Source: an uncultured Deferribacteres bacterium
GTDB taxonomy: Bacteria; Zhuqueibacterota; Zhuqueibacteria; Zhuqueibacterales; Geothermadaptataceae
Reading direction: 5' to 3'
Assembly: GCA_964014485.1 (NCBI GenBank)
Contig: CAXHAT010000019.1
Location: 1 to 57,009, forward strand
DNA length: 57,009 bases
Shown here: piece after piece, positions 16,789 through 25,644 of the stretch
Layout: every line of letters begins with the position of its first letter
Position numbering within the stretch: position 1 is the stretch's first letter
Translations under genes and position numbers: made by a program
The notes under the pieces: model-generated
Databases searched by the model: none
Seen by the model: the letters and a program-made list of their open reading frames with translations, nothing else
What the model was told of the DNA's origin: nothing

Positions 16789-18551
16789 TAGACGACCCGC
16801 CCGCCAACAACCGTCGCCAAAATTTTCCCGTCAAATAATTTCTCAGCATTTTCGATGGTCAAATTGTGCGGATCAACGTCCATAATTGTTAAATCCGCCC
16901 ATTTGCCCGGCGCGATGGAGCCGGATTCTTGCTCCATGAAAGAAGCATAGGCGGGCCAAACAGTGTAAGCGCGAACGGCTTCTTCGGGCGTCACGGCTTC
17001 CTGCATCCGCCAGCCTTCCGGCGGCTGTAAATCCTTACTCCGTCGCGTAATCGCAGCGTGCAGGCCGTAAAAAATGCTGTGATCTGACCCGGTCAAATCG
17101 GAGTTGAAAATGAGAAGCGCATCGGATTTTCGCAAAGTTCGCCACGCGTAGGCGCCGACCATCCTTCCCGCCCCAAGCCGGTCTATTGCCCAGGCCTTAT
17201 CTTCCACCGCATGCGGCGGTTCCATCGAAGCAATGATTTTCAATTCGCCAAATCGTTTAAAATCATCGGGGTGGACAATTTGCGCGTGCTCGATGCGATG
17301 GCGCAGATTTTTGGCCTCCGGGTTATTGCGATAAACTTCCGTAAAAAAATCCAACGTTTCCCGGTTACCTGCATCGCCGATAGCGTGAACGCCCGCCTGG
17401 AAGCCAGCGTTGATCATTTCCGCGACCAGATCCTGATTGTAGCCGTAATCCGCGCCGCTCAAACCGCGATGTCCCGGCCTGTCAGCGTAATCTTCCAGCA
17501 ATCTTGCTCCGCGAGAACCAAGCGCGCCGTCGTGGTGGCCTTTCACGGAACGGACGATCAACATGCTGTCGTTGAGTTTGTCCGGGCCGCGCGCCATCCA
17601 TTTCCGCATCAGCGATTCGTCGCGCGCGCTGATCATGGCATAGACGCGCAAAATCAATTTTTTTTTCGCTTCAAGTTCTTCCAGCGCTTGCATCAAATCC
17701 GTCCCAACCCCGGCGATGTGAACCGATACAAATCCGGAGCGGGCCATTTCCTCGAGACCAATTTGCACCCAGCGCTTGAGCTGCTCAATCGTCGGGGCGG
17801 GAACTGCGCCGGAGACGAGTGAAGTCGCGCGGTTCATGAAAAGACCTGTCGGGTTTCCTGCGGCGTCCCTAACAATTTCACCGCCAACCGGCGCTTTTGA
17901 ATTTCTATCAATTCCCGCTTTTTCCAACGCCAGTTTGTTACACCAAAGCGCAAAGCCGTGCAGGCTGGTCATAACGACGGGATGATTCGGCGTTTTTTCT
18001 GAAAGCAGCTTCAGATCAGGATAATTGGAGGCCCAGGCTCCTTCATCCCAGCCTGCGCCGATAATCCATTCGCCTTTCGGGACGTTTTGTGCATGCTCTG
18101 CAATCAACGCCACGGCTTCTTCTTCGTTTTTGGCTTCGCGCAAATTGATTTGTTCTGCGTTTCGGCCAATGCCTTCAACGTGCGTGTGCGACTCAATTAA
18201 ACCAGGCAGCACCACGCCGTTTTGCGCGTCGATAACCGTCGTGTTATCACCGCGAAACGCTTCGATTTTCGCATTGTCGCCGACCGCAATAATGAGATCG
18301 TCTTTTATCGCTATGGCTTCAGCGTCCGGGTGCCATTGCCCGTCCTGAAACGGCGCGTTGGCAGCGGGTGCGCCCTCCGGCGAGGGGTCATTCCAGGTAT
18401 AAGTATAAACGCGACCGTTCAAAATAATGACGTCCGCTGCGTTGGAATCGACGTTTCGTTTTGCGCAGCCGGATATCAGTGAACACAGAAGAATCAACGC
18501 TGCACCATATTTCAATTTTTGTGTTTTAGAAGAGTTTTTGGGGGATTTCAT
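16776..18551 (-). CDS. Lipoprotein amidohydrolase (YtcJ/Amidohydro_3 family)
   Basis: Lipobox ISGC; PGLIESHTH, DGALGSR, HAIGDAGN, RIEHAQ, GKWADL; 13-bp convergent overlap with neighbour. Confidence 0.9.
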   Translation of the reverse strand: MKSPKNSSKTQKLKYGAALILLCSLISGCAKRNVDSNAADVIILNGRVYTYTWNDPSPEGAPAANAPFQDGQWHPDAEAIAIKDDLIIAVGDNAKIEAFRGDNTTVIDAQNGVVLPGLIESHTHVEGIGRNAEQINLREAKNEEEAVALIAEHAQNVPKGEWIIGAGWDEGAWASNYPDLKLLSEKTPNHPVVMTSLHGFALWCNKLALEKAGIDRNSKAPVGGEIVRDAAGNPTGLFMNRATSLVSGAVPAPTIEQLKRWVQIGLEEMARSGFVSVHIAGVGTDLMQALEELEAKKKLILRVYAMISARDESLMRKWMARGPDKLNDSMLIVRSVKGHHDGALGSRGARLLEDYADRPGHRGLSGADYGYNQDLVAEMINAGFQAGVHAIGDAGNRETLDFFTEVYRNNPEAKNLRHRIEHAQIVHPDDFKRFGELKIIASMEPPHAVEDKAWAIDRLGAGRMVGAYAWRTLRKSDALLIFNSDLTGSDHSIFYGLHAAITRRSKDLQPPEGWRMQEAVTPEEAVRAYTVWPAYASFMEQESGSIAPGKWADLTIMDVDPHNLTIENAEKLFDGKILATVVGGRVVYQNP

Positions 18552-19053
18552 TTATTTCTCCAATATTTAAAATTCCAGCGGCGGCTCAATAACAACATAG
18601 ATTTTGGAGAATTCATCCATTTCGTGACGAACAGAGCCGGCTTTTCTTTTGTTTCTGCTTCCCTCTGTTTTTGCCGACGGCGTTCCTTAAATCTTTGTCA
18701 TCGCTGCAACAGAAATGTGTTTGCAAAACTTTCGCTCTGAAGGTACTTGCTGAATGCTAAAAGCAACGGCGAACGCACTTTCGCCAAAAGCTGAGCAATG
18801 GGGAAAATAGTGATTGTAAGCCTTTCCATGCTGGAAGCGTCTGATTTGGCCATGCATCCCGTCACGTCGGCTGGGTTAAATTTAGCCTCGAACAGATTCT
18901 CCCTGAATGAAAAATAGCGCTGAACCGTCACAGGAAATGAAAGTTACGTTCATCATTTTCCAGTAAATTTGTTTGCGAGAATTTCAGCGCTGAAAAAGCA
19001 CAGCCTGTTTAACTCGCATTTTCTTGAAGTTTTTTGTGAGACACAGGTTGATC

Positions 19054-20031
19054 ATGCAGCATTGGATTCTACTTCTCGCCTCACTTTTCGTCCTTTCCTG
19101 CGGCGCTGCGAAAGAAAGCGCGAACTCCGGATCTGACGATCCCCCCCTGGCAAAAGTCCGAAAAGATTGCTGGCAGGACGGTGAAGCGCCGTCGTTGCTC
19201 TCGGTCATGCAACAGAAAATGCAAACGCAGTTGGAAGCGGATCTCAGTCGCGACAATTACATGCAGACGTTTGGCTGCGCTTATGAAGAGATTGACATCG
19301 AGCAAAACGCAATTCAAGCGGTTTATAGGGCGATTTTGCAATCGTTGCGTAATCGCGGCGTAATCGCGCGCGACGATTTGCTGGCTCTGTTGCAATCACG
19401 TCCGCCTCGCCCGGACAACCTCGAGCGGGAATTTACCATTTACGTGAAATTTGACGCCAGCGGGAACGGCGGACATGTGGCGAGTTATCAAATTCGCATC
19501 CTCGAGCTCGACGTGACGCACACAATTGAGTCGCGGCTGTCCGTTTGGACGCGCATTGCAACGCGATTTCAGCACCGCGAAGATCACTTCCGCGCCTTGC
19601 CGAAATCAGATGAATTATCGGAATTTGTGAACACGCTTGAGCAAGCGCGCATGTTGCTTTTTCTGGCCGAACGCGGCAGGGTGGATGATATTGTGAATCA
19701 TCTGCGAACGGGAAACGGCAACTATCCCCGGCAACCGCGAAGCCTGGGGGAGCTGAGTTTTGGCGATCAACTTTTTTTGACCTCGGCTGAATCTGGGAAA
19801 GAGCAAACGGCCATTTTCTTAGGCAAGGGCATCATGCTGGCGTCTTTGCCCAAAAAAGAGACGGCGATTCTAAAATTCGGCGAAGAGCGTTTGTACGGAT
19901 TGCGCATTGATATGCGTCGGTTTACCCGGCTCAATGCAAAATTTCAGGATTTCGGCTACAAGGCTCCTGAAACAATTCTCCAATGTTTGTTTCTAAAAGC
20001 GAGCCGGAAAAAGCCAAGACAAATTAAATAA
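19054..20031 (+). CDS. Hypothetical lipoprotein with degenerate NlpC/P60-like C-terminal segment
   Basis: MQHWILLLASLFVLSC lipobox; LSFGDQLFL...EQTAIFLGKGIMLAS resembles the NlpC/P60 GDLVFF...HVGIYLGNG pattern. Confidence 0.6.
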   Translation: MQHWILLLASLFVLSCGAAKESANSGSDDPPLAKVRKDCWQDGEAPSLLSVMQQKMQTQLEADLSRDNYMQTFGCAYEEIDIEQNAIQAVYRAILQSLRNRGVIARDDLLALLQSRPPRPDNLEREFTIYVKFDASGNGGHVASYQIRILELDVTHTIESRLSVWTRIATRFQHREDHFRALPKSDELSEFVNTLEQARMLLFLAERGRVDDIVNHLRTGNGNYPRQPRSLGELSFGDQLFLTSAESGKEQTAIFLGKGIMLASLPKKETAILKFGEERLYGLRIDMRRFTRLNAKFQDFGYKAPETILQCLFLKASRKKPRQIK

Positions 20032-20089
20032 GCGCGCGACGCCGAACGCCCCAAATCCCAACAATTGAGACGACAACTGGAAAAACCGA

Positions 20090-21058
20090 ATGCCGAACCC
20101 GTGGATAAATTCTTTTCAACACGAGAAGGAAAGCGGATTTTCAACGCTGCACCGAAGCTATATCGGCGCGTTGATTATTGTGATTTTACTGGCGCTGGCG
20201 GCGCGTCACACGAATATCAAACCGCTGGATCCCTACGACGGGGCTAAAGTCACGGAGCCGTTCGCGTTGGAAGCGATTATCACGAAAAAACAACCTCCGC
20301 CTCCGCCGAAAACAGCGCCCCCGCCGAAGACGATTCAACCTCCGCCGCCGGACATCGTGCCAGAGGTGATCACGACGAAAATCAAGCCGATCCCAAAGCC
20401 GCCGCGCAGAAAACCGCGCCGGACGCGTGACGTTAAGGCGGATTTCAATTTGGAAGCGGACGGGCTTTTTGCCGAGAAATCAACAATCGGCGAAATTGAC
20501 GGGCCAAACGCGAAAAACCGCAGGAAAGTCTCGGATAATTCACCGCGCTTAGGCAGCGCCTTAGGCGGATTGACAGCAAACTTTGAAGCGCCGGCGGATC
20601 TGGATTTGAACGTTGACGGCCCGAACGCGCAACGCAACCAGCGCGCCCAAGAGCTTGACTTAAAAATTGACACTGACAAGAACGATGCGCGAAAAGCGGC
20701 GCAAAAATCAGAAGGATCGCAAGTTGACGATCTCATCAATGCGGACGTTTCCGTCGTGCTTACCTCGACCGATCTTTCGATGGGTGCGGAAGCTTACCAG
20801 CTTTGGAATCGAATAAACGCTGAATTCGACCGTTGGGACAAAGGCCGCTACGGCGCACTTCCGATTGTTTTGCAGCGAAAAGGCCGCTCGATGGTGGCGG
20901 TTTTTGATTACGCCGGCGGCGTCGGACACAGGATTGTTTGGGGGCGGGGAAACACGAAGATTTACGTGGTTGGTGAATCAACACGAAATAGAGTTGAAGA
21001 GATTGCATTGGCGCTCAATTCGCTGGTGCAATTAAATATTAAAACGCGCGGGTTTTAG
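20090..21058 (+). CDS. Single-TM proline-rich protein (TonB/TolA-like architecture)
   Basis: N-terminal TM helix, PPPPPKTAPPPKTIQPPPP linker, low-complexity repeats, ~100-aa globular C-terminus. Confidence 0.65.
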   Translation: MPNPWINSFQHEKESGFSTLHRSYIGALIIVILLALAARHTNIKPLDPYDGAKVTEPFALEAIITKKQPPPPPKTAPPPKTIQPPPPDIVPEVITTKIKPIPKPPRRKPRRTRDVKADFNLEADGLFAEKSTIGEIDGPNAKNRRKVSDNSPRLGSALGGLTANFEAPADLDLNVDGPNAQRNQRAQELDLKIDTDKNDARKAAQKSEGSQVDDLINADVSVVLTSTDLSMGAEAYQLWNRINAEFDRWDKGRYGALPIVLQRKGRSMVAVFDYAGGVGHRIVWGRGNTKIYVVGESTRNRVEEIALALNSLVQLNIKTRGF

Positions 21059-21059
21059 C

Positions 21060-22499
21060 ATGATCAGAAGTATTAAGGCGGCCTATTTTTTAGTATTCAT
21101 TTTCCTTGGTTTTTCAACGAGCGCGGCCCAAACGGTCTCGAATCTTTATGATCAGGCTCAGACGGCTTATGAAGGCAAGCAGTATAGCCGAACCGTTGAC
21201 TTGTGCGCTCAGATCATCAGGCAGTGCGAGCAAAGCTATGCCGAGGCTGAATGCCGTTTTACAGACGTCATGCGGAATGTTTTTCTTTACAAAGGATTCT
21301 CGGAATTCCGCTTGTACGAAGAGAATAAAGAGCTGGATTTACTCACCGAAGCGATCAATTCGCTGCAAAAAAGCTATGAGCTTTACGGCGATCCGAACGT
21401 GGCGTTTTACTTTGGCTACATGCAAACGGAGCGCGCAATCCGTCTCAAGGAAGGGCATAAGCTTGACGGACTGGTTGCAGCCTGGGACGGAATTTTGGGC
21501 CTGTACGCCAGCCAGGAATGGCAATTGAATGATGAACTGATCAAAAACTTGAAAACTTTCGTTAAGCAAGCGGTTGAACTAACGGTGACTCCGGCGGACA
21601 GCGCCATGACGACTGGTCGCTTCGCCAGCTTTATGGTTCGTCTGGCGTGCGATCTTTCCGGGCAAGGCAGTCTTTCGCAGGAAGATCGGCTATTTTTCGA
21701 TGTTTATCGCAAGCGTGCGGAACAGGACAATTTTAATCTGCGCGGCAATGAATGGCGCGCGCGCGGATTCAGCGCCGAAGAAGATTTCAACCAGCGTCCG
21801 GACGAATTTACTTATCGCAAAACGCGGACGAACTTGGAATTGGCCTTCCGCTACTCCAAAAGCGTTGAGCGGCAGGTTGAAATGTTGAAGGAAATGACCA
21901 AGGTTGCGCTTTACATGGAGCAAAACAGCGACAGTCGTCAGTCGGAGACGGAATTGCAATATGCGCGGGAAAAATCAAGCCAAGCCTATCGTTTGCTGGT
22001 GGAGCGGCGACCAAATATTACAATGGAATTGTCCAACGAAATCAAGAAAGTATACGGCAACGCGATTTTTCGGCTGGTCGACTATTATTTCAGCCTTGCT
22101 GATTCTACCGACCGTCTGAACGCCTATCGAAAGGCGCGACGGATTGGCGAAGAATTGCTCGTGCGTGACCGAGACGGCGGACAAAAGCAGAGATTTCAAT
22201 GGGACGGTTACGAAGAACTTTACCTGCGCCTCGCGGACGTCGGCTACGAAACCGGCGACGCTGAATTTGCCGTTGATATGGTGGACAAGGCTTGGAAAGC
22301 CGCTCTCGCTTCTCACCGGGTCGATCAAAGCCAAATCTGCAACGGCATCCCCGCCGACAAGGCGACAAATCTGGTGACGTACATCGACGTCTACCAACTG
22401 GTTGCGCGCCGATTCGGCCTGCAAACCGTTCTCCACTGGCTCCGCCCCCTGCGCGCTTGTTTGATTCGACAGGCGAACGGAGGCGCGACGGGGTATTAG
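21060..22499 (+). CDS. Exported alpha-helical TPR-like protein
   Basis: Signal peptide; LYDQAQTAYEGKQYSRTVDLC and further TPR-like helix pairs; starts 1 bp after the upstream stop. Confidence 0.65.
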   Translation: MIRSIKAAYFLVFIFLGFSTSAAQTVSNLYDQAQTAYEGKQYSRTVDLCAQIIRQCEQSYAEAECRFTDVMRNVFLYKGFSEFRLYEENKELDLLTEAINSLQKSYELYGDPNVAFYFGYMQTERAIRLKEGHKLDGLVAAWDGILGLYASQEWQLNDELIKNLKTFVKQAVELTVTPADSAMTTGRFASFMVRLACDLSGQGSLSQEDRLFFDVYRKRAEQDNFNLRGNEWRARGFSAEEDFNQRPDEFTYRKTRTNLELAFRYSKSVERQVEMLKEMTKVALYMEQNSDSRQSETELQYAREKSSQAYRLLVERRPNITMELSNEIKKVYGNAIFRLVDYYFSLADSTDRLNAYRKARRIGEELLVRDRDGGQKQRFQWDGYEELYLRLADVGYETGDAEFAVDMVDKAWKAALASHRVDQSQICNGIPADKATNLVTYIDVYQLVARRFGLQTVLHWLRPLRACLIRQANGGATGY

Positions 22500-22566
22500 T
22501 GTCTGTTTTGCCATGCTCGACAAAAACATTCGAGCACAAGCTTTTTGGCAAGACTTAAAAATAAAC

Positions 22567-22634
22567 AATCCACGGATTGAGACAGAAAAACACGGAAAAA
22601 TTATTCAGTGCGAATTTCGTGTACTTCCGAGGTT
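22567..22634. repeat. REP-like periodic hairpin (cacgga units)
   Basis: ccacggattgagacagaaaaacacggaa / ttcagtgcgaatttcgtgtacttccgagg, imperfect. Confidence 0.6.
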
Positions 22635-22649
22635 AGAAGCTTTTGGAGT

Positions 22650-22670
22650 TTCTGGCTTATCCAGGTTGGG
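22650..22670 (-). repeat. 21-bp dispersed motif shared with 48271-48291
   Basis: Reverse complement cccaacctggataagccagaa vs cctaacccggacaagccagaa (18/21). Confidence 0.65.
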
Positions 22671-22687
22671 ATAATTGAATTTATTGT

Positions 22688-22717
22688 TTGTATTCGTGCT
22701 AACAAATTTGTTATAAT
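22688..22717 (+). promoter_or_regulatory. TA operon promoter with overlapping operator; leaderless transcript predicted
   Basis: TTGTAT-N18-TATAAT with extended TG; perfect palindrome TAACAAATTTGTTA at 22700-22713; ATG only 6 nt after the -10 box. Confidence 0.75.
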
Positions 22718-22723
22718 CTCTCC

Positions 22724-23047
22724 ATGGGATGGAGTATCGTATACTTTGATCAGAATGTTGAGAGAGCAATTGAGAATTTGCCGGACGGGTTACTTGCGCG
22801 TTATCTGCGCTTAACAGATTTGATGCTTGAATTTGGTCCGAATCTGGGTTTGCCGCATACAAAAGCGATTGGAGAAGGATTATTTGAGCTTCGATTAAAG
22901 AGCAAGGAAGGGATCGCTAGGGTTTTCTTTTGCACAATCGCGGATAAGCGGATCGTGATGCTTCATACATTCATTAAAAAATCTCAGAAAATACCGCGAA
23001 AAGAATTGAAAATCGCACTTCGCAGATTGAGAGAGAGCAAATCATGA
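22724..23047 (+). CDS. RelE/HigB-like (Gp49 type) toxin
   Basis: GPNLGLPHTKAIGEGLFELRLK...ARVFFC...LHTFIKKSQK. Confidence 0.9.
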   Translation: MGWSIVYFDQNVERAIENLPDGLLARYLRLTDLMLEFGPNLGLPHTKAIGEGLFELRLKSKEGIARVFFCTIADKRIVMLHTFIKKSQKIPRKELKIALRRLRESKS

Positions 23048-23331
23048 CGCATGCAGAATTAAAAACAAAAGCATTGGCTCGCGGCTCTGTTAAAAAAGAG
23101 TATGAAGCGCTGGAGCCGGAATTTAAGCTTTTAAGGGAAATGCTGCTGGCGCGCCAAAAAGCGGGGTTGAGTCAGGCGGAAGTGGCAAAACGCATGGGGA
23201 CAAAACCCCCTGCAGTGACGCGGCTTGAATCTTCGTTAACCAGCGGCAAACATTCTCCATCAATCGCCACGCTCAAAAAATACGCCGAGGCCTTGAATTG
23301 CCGCCTTGAAATTCGGTTTATTCAGAATTGA
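23044..23331 (+). CDS. XRE-family HTH antitoxin (HigA-like)
   Basis: ARQKAGLSQAEVAKRMGTKPPAVTRLES...PSIATLKKYAEAL; ATGA overlap with toxin. Confidence 0.9.
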   Translation: MTHAELKTKALARGSVKKEYEALEPEFKLLREMLLARQKAGLSQAEVAKRMGTKPPAVTRLESSLTSGKHSPSIATLKKYAEALNCRLEIRFIQN

Positions 23332-23334
23332 GTC

Positions 23335-23628
23335 ATGAACCAAATCGTGACGTACAAATATTACACGGCGCACGTCGAATACGATTCCAAAGATTATATC
23401 TATCACGGACGCATCGCAGAAATTATAGACATTGTAACATTTCACGGTGAATCTATTGAAGAATTACGGGCCGCTTTCAGAGAAGCGGTTGATGATTATT
23501 TGGAAGCTTGTGGAAAACTCGAACACGAGCCTCATAGCGTGAATTCAAAGACATCGATTTTAGAGTTGAAAAGATATAAAGGCAAAGTTGATCTTGACAT
23601 CAATTTGAACACTCTTCGCGACAGATGA
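23335..23628 (+). CDS. hicB: Orphan HicB-like antitoxin with non-canonical C-terminus, possibly a chimera or remnant
   Basis: YKYYTAHVEYD...VTFHGESIEELRAAFREAVDDYLEAC; RHH domain absent; no hicA upstream. Confidence 0.7.
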   Translation: MNQIVTYKYYTAHVEYDSKDYIYHGRIAEIIDIVTFHGESIEELRAAFREAVDDYLEACGKLEHEPHSVNSKTSILELKRYKGKVDLDINLNTLRDR

Positions 23629-23635
23629 ATTAACA

Positions 23636-23716
23636 TTTTAACGAAGAGTTCGCTGAGACGCAGAGCCAAAAAATCTGTGCAGCAACTCTGCGCCTTTGCG
23701 ATCTCGGCGTTTAAAA
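23636..23716. repeat. REP-like periodic hairpin (cgcagag units)
   Basis: aacgaagagttcgctgagacgcagag / ctctgcgcctttgcgatctcggcgtt. Confidence 0.7.
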
Positions 23717-23774
23717 TCAAAGTTTGGGACGCAGGCTGAAATATTCGCAACTACAACCTGGAATTTAGCATCAT

Positions 23775-24326
23775 ATGAGAATTTGCGGTCTTTTTTTGAT
23801 AATAACCTTCCTTTCTCTTTTTTCACCCAATCAATCAAATGCGCAAAGCGTGCAAGCGGGCTTGGAAAAGCTCATGGTTCAGTACGAAGAAAAGGTGCTG
23901 AAAGCGTATCAAGAGCGCGAAACGCTGGATCATTCCATCATTTCACGCATGGAGCGGGTCGCCTTTGACAGTGTGCTCTCCGCCTACGCCACCCGCGTTT
24001 TAGAGAGCTATGACACGCTTCAACGCATGAAAGGCGCGACACTGGAGAATTATCGAAATATCGCAGGGCGCGTGCTGATTTTTCGCGCGCTGGCGTTTTT
24101 GGAAACGGCAAAGGATGTGACCGGTAATGACGCACGGGCTTGCGAAGATTATCAACGTGCGCTGATTCTGACCAAGAACAGCCGAATACCCGTGATCAAT
24201 CAGCAGTTGCCGTACGAAGTTTGGGTGAATGATCGACTCTATACCCGTCTCGCTGATTTAATGGATGACAAAGACAAGAAACTGACTCTACTGAATTGCA
24301 TGCAACAAGCCAAAAATCAGGAGTAG
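23775..24326 (+). CDS. Exported helical hypothetical protein, paralogous to the N-domain of 24335-25558
   Basis: Signal peptide; RVLIFRALAFLE...ACEDYQRAL...LP...RLYTRLADLMD. Confidence 0.7.
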   Translation: MRICGLFLIITFLSLFSPNQSNAQSVQAGLEKLMVQYEEKVLKAYQERETLDHSIISRMERVAFDSVLSAYATRVLESYDTLQRMKGATLENYRNIAGRVLIFRALAFLETAKDVTGNDARACEDYQRALILTKNSRIPVINQQLPYEVWVNDRLYTRLADLMDDKDKKLTLLNCMQQAKNQE

Positions 24327-24334
24327 GACGCGCC

Positions 24335-25558
24335 ATGAAAAGATTCTGCCACTTCGCTTTGCTCGCTCTACTCACAGCTTCATCCGTTTCCGCCCGTCAG
24401 CAAAACGCGGCGCTCTTGGCCGAAATGCAAAAACTGGAACAAGACGTCGTCGAAACTTACCGTAACTATTTGTGGCTCTACTACGAGGAAAAACAAAGCG
24501 TTTCTGAATTGCTGATTTTTGAAGAATTGCTCGGCGTGTACATTAAGCGGTTGAAAGAATCTTACGAGACGATGTCGCTTCTGGGCAGCCCTGAGACCGT
24601 GGATTCGCGAGACGTTGCAGCGCGTACGCATATTTATCGAGCGTTGACCTTCTTGGAAAAAGCGCCGATCGACATTACTTATTTTGAAAAAGCGTGCTAC
24701 GATTATTATCAGGCGCTTTCGCTCTACGAAGCGACCGACCAGGTTCCCGCCATGTTTAAGCCCTTGCCGGAGCCGATTTTTCTTGGCAATCGCACGTTCA
24801 CGCGCTTGATTGACTTGCTCGACCAAAAGGGCAAGGATTTGTTTGAATTTGGGCAGGTGCAGTTGACGCTGCGCAATTTTAAAGTGACCTCGCCGTTCGA
24901 CCAGAACGCGCTGGAGCTGCTGAGGTTTAACGAAGTTGACAGCAGTTCTTACACGTATAAGATTGGGGAAGAACGCATCAAGCAAGGCTTTCGTGCGGCG
25001 TTTCAGTCGCACCGTGAAGAGAATGTGAACCTTGCTCTGCCAGCCGGGACGTATTTTATCCGCTCCAAAAAAGATACGCGCGGCGATTACGTTAATTTGG
25101 CCACTTTGTACGTTCGGCCAAATCAGTTCATCCGTTACGTCGTGGAACCGATTGCGGATTGGGTTATTTTCTACGAAACGACAGGGCAAGGCGCTACGCC
25201 CGCGCCTCAGATTTCAACGGAAGCAGCCGCGTCTTCGATGGAACCAAACGCCGAAACTGGTCCCGTAACGATAGGCGGTCGGTCGACAGACGAGGTGCTC
25301 CGCGTGGTGAAAAGCGTTATGGGGGGATTCTCGAGCGAAGAAATTGACGCACTGCCGATTCCAAGGTCAAAAGACGAATTCGCGCGCGGTTTTGCGCAAA
25401 TTGTTGCATCGCGATTTGAAGGGGAATATTTGAGCAGTTGGAATCGCTGGACGGCGGCGTGGAATATCGCCAAGGCGGCGACTGAGTCTTTTGCGGCAGA
25501 CAGCCCGGTGAGATCAGAGACAATCAAGCTCGCTTACGATACGATCAGGGGACTTTAA
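24335..25558 (+). CDS. Exported multidomain hypothetical protein
   Basis: Signal MKRFCHFALLALLTASSVSA after AGGA RBS; RTHIYRALTFLE...ACYDYYQAL...LP...RTFTRLIDLLD; beta-rich LPAGTYFI segment; linker; helical tail. Confidence 0.7.
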   Translation: MKRFCHFALLALLTASSVSARQQNAALLAEMQKLEQDVVETYRNYLWLYYEEKQSVSELLIFEELLGVYIKRLKESYETMSLLGSPETVDSRDVAARTHIYRALTFLEKAPIDITYFEKACYDYYQALSLYEATDQVPAMFKPLPEPIFLGNRTFTRLIDLLDQKGKDLFEFGQVQLTLRNFKVTSPFDQNALELLRFNEVDSSSYTYKIGEERIKQGFRAAFQSHREENVNLALPAGTYFIRSKKDTRGDYVNLATLYVRPNQFIRYVVEPIADWVIFYETTGQGATPAPQISTEAAASSMEPNAETGPVTIGGRSTDEVLRVVKSVMGGFSSEEIDALPIPRSKDEFARGFAQIVASRFEGEYLSSWNRWTAAWNIAKAATESFAADSPVRSETIKLAYDTIRGL

Positions 25559-25562
25559 GAGT

Positions 25563-25631
25563 GGGTTGTTGAAATATTGGCTGAATGGAACCGTTCATAT
25601 CAGTTCCCAAGAGCCATTATTCCAACAATCC
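25563..25631. repeat. Hairpin immediately after the exported-protein cluster, possible terminator or REP
   Basis: gggttgttgaaatattggct / agccattattccaacaatcc. Confidence 0.55.
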
Positions 25632-25644
25632 TGCATAGATAATA

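Noticed and set aside
18552..19053. Possible ncRNA or riboswitch in the 500-bp divergent intergenic region
   Set aside because: No convincing consensus or long stems found by eye
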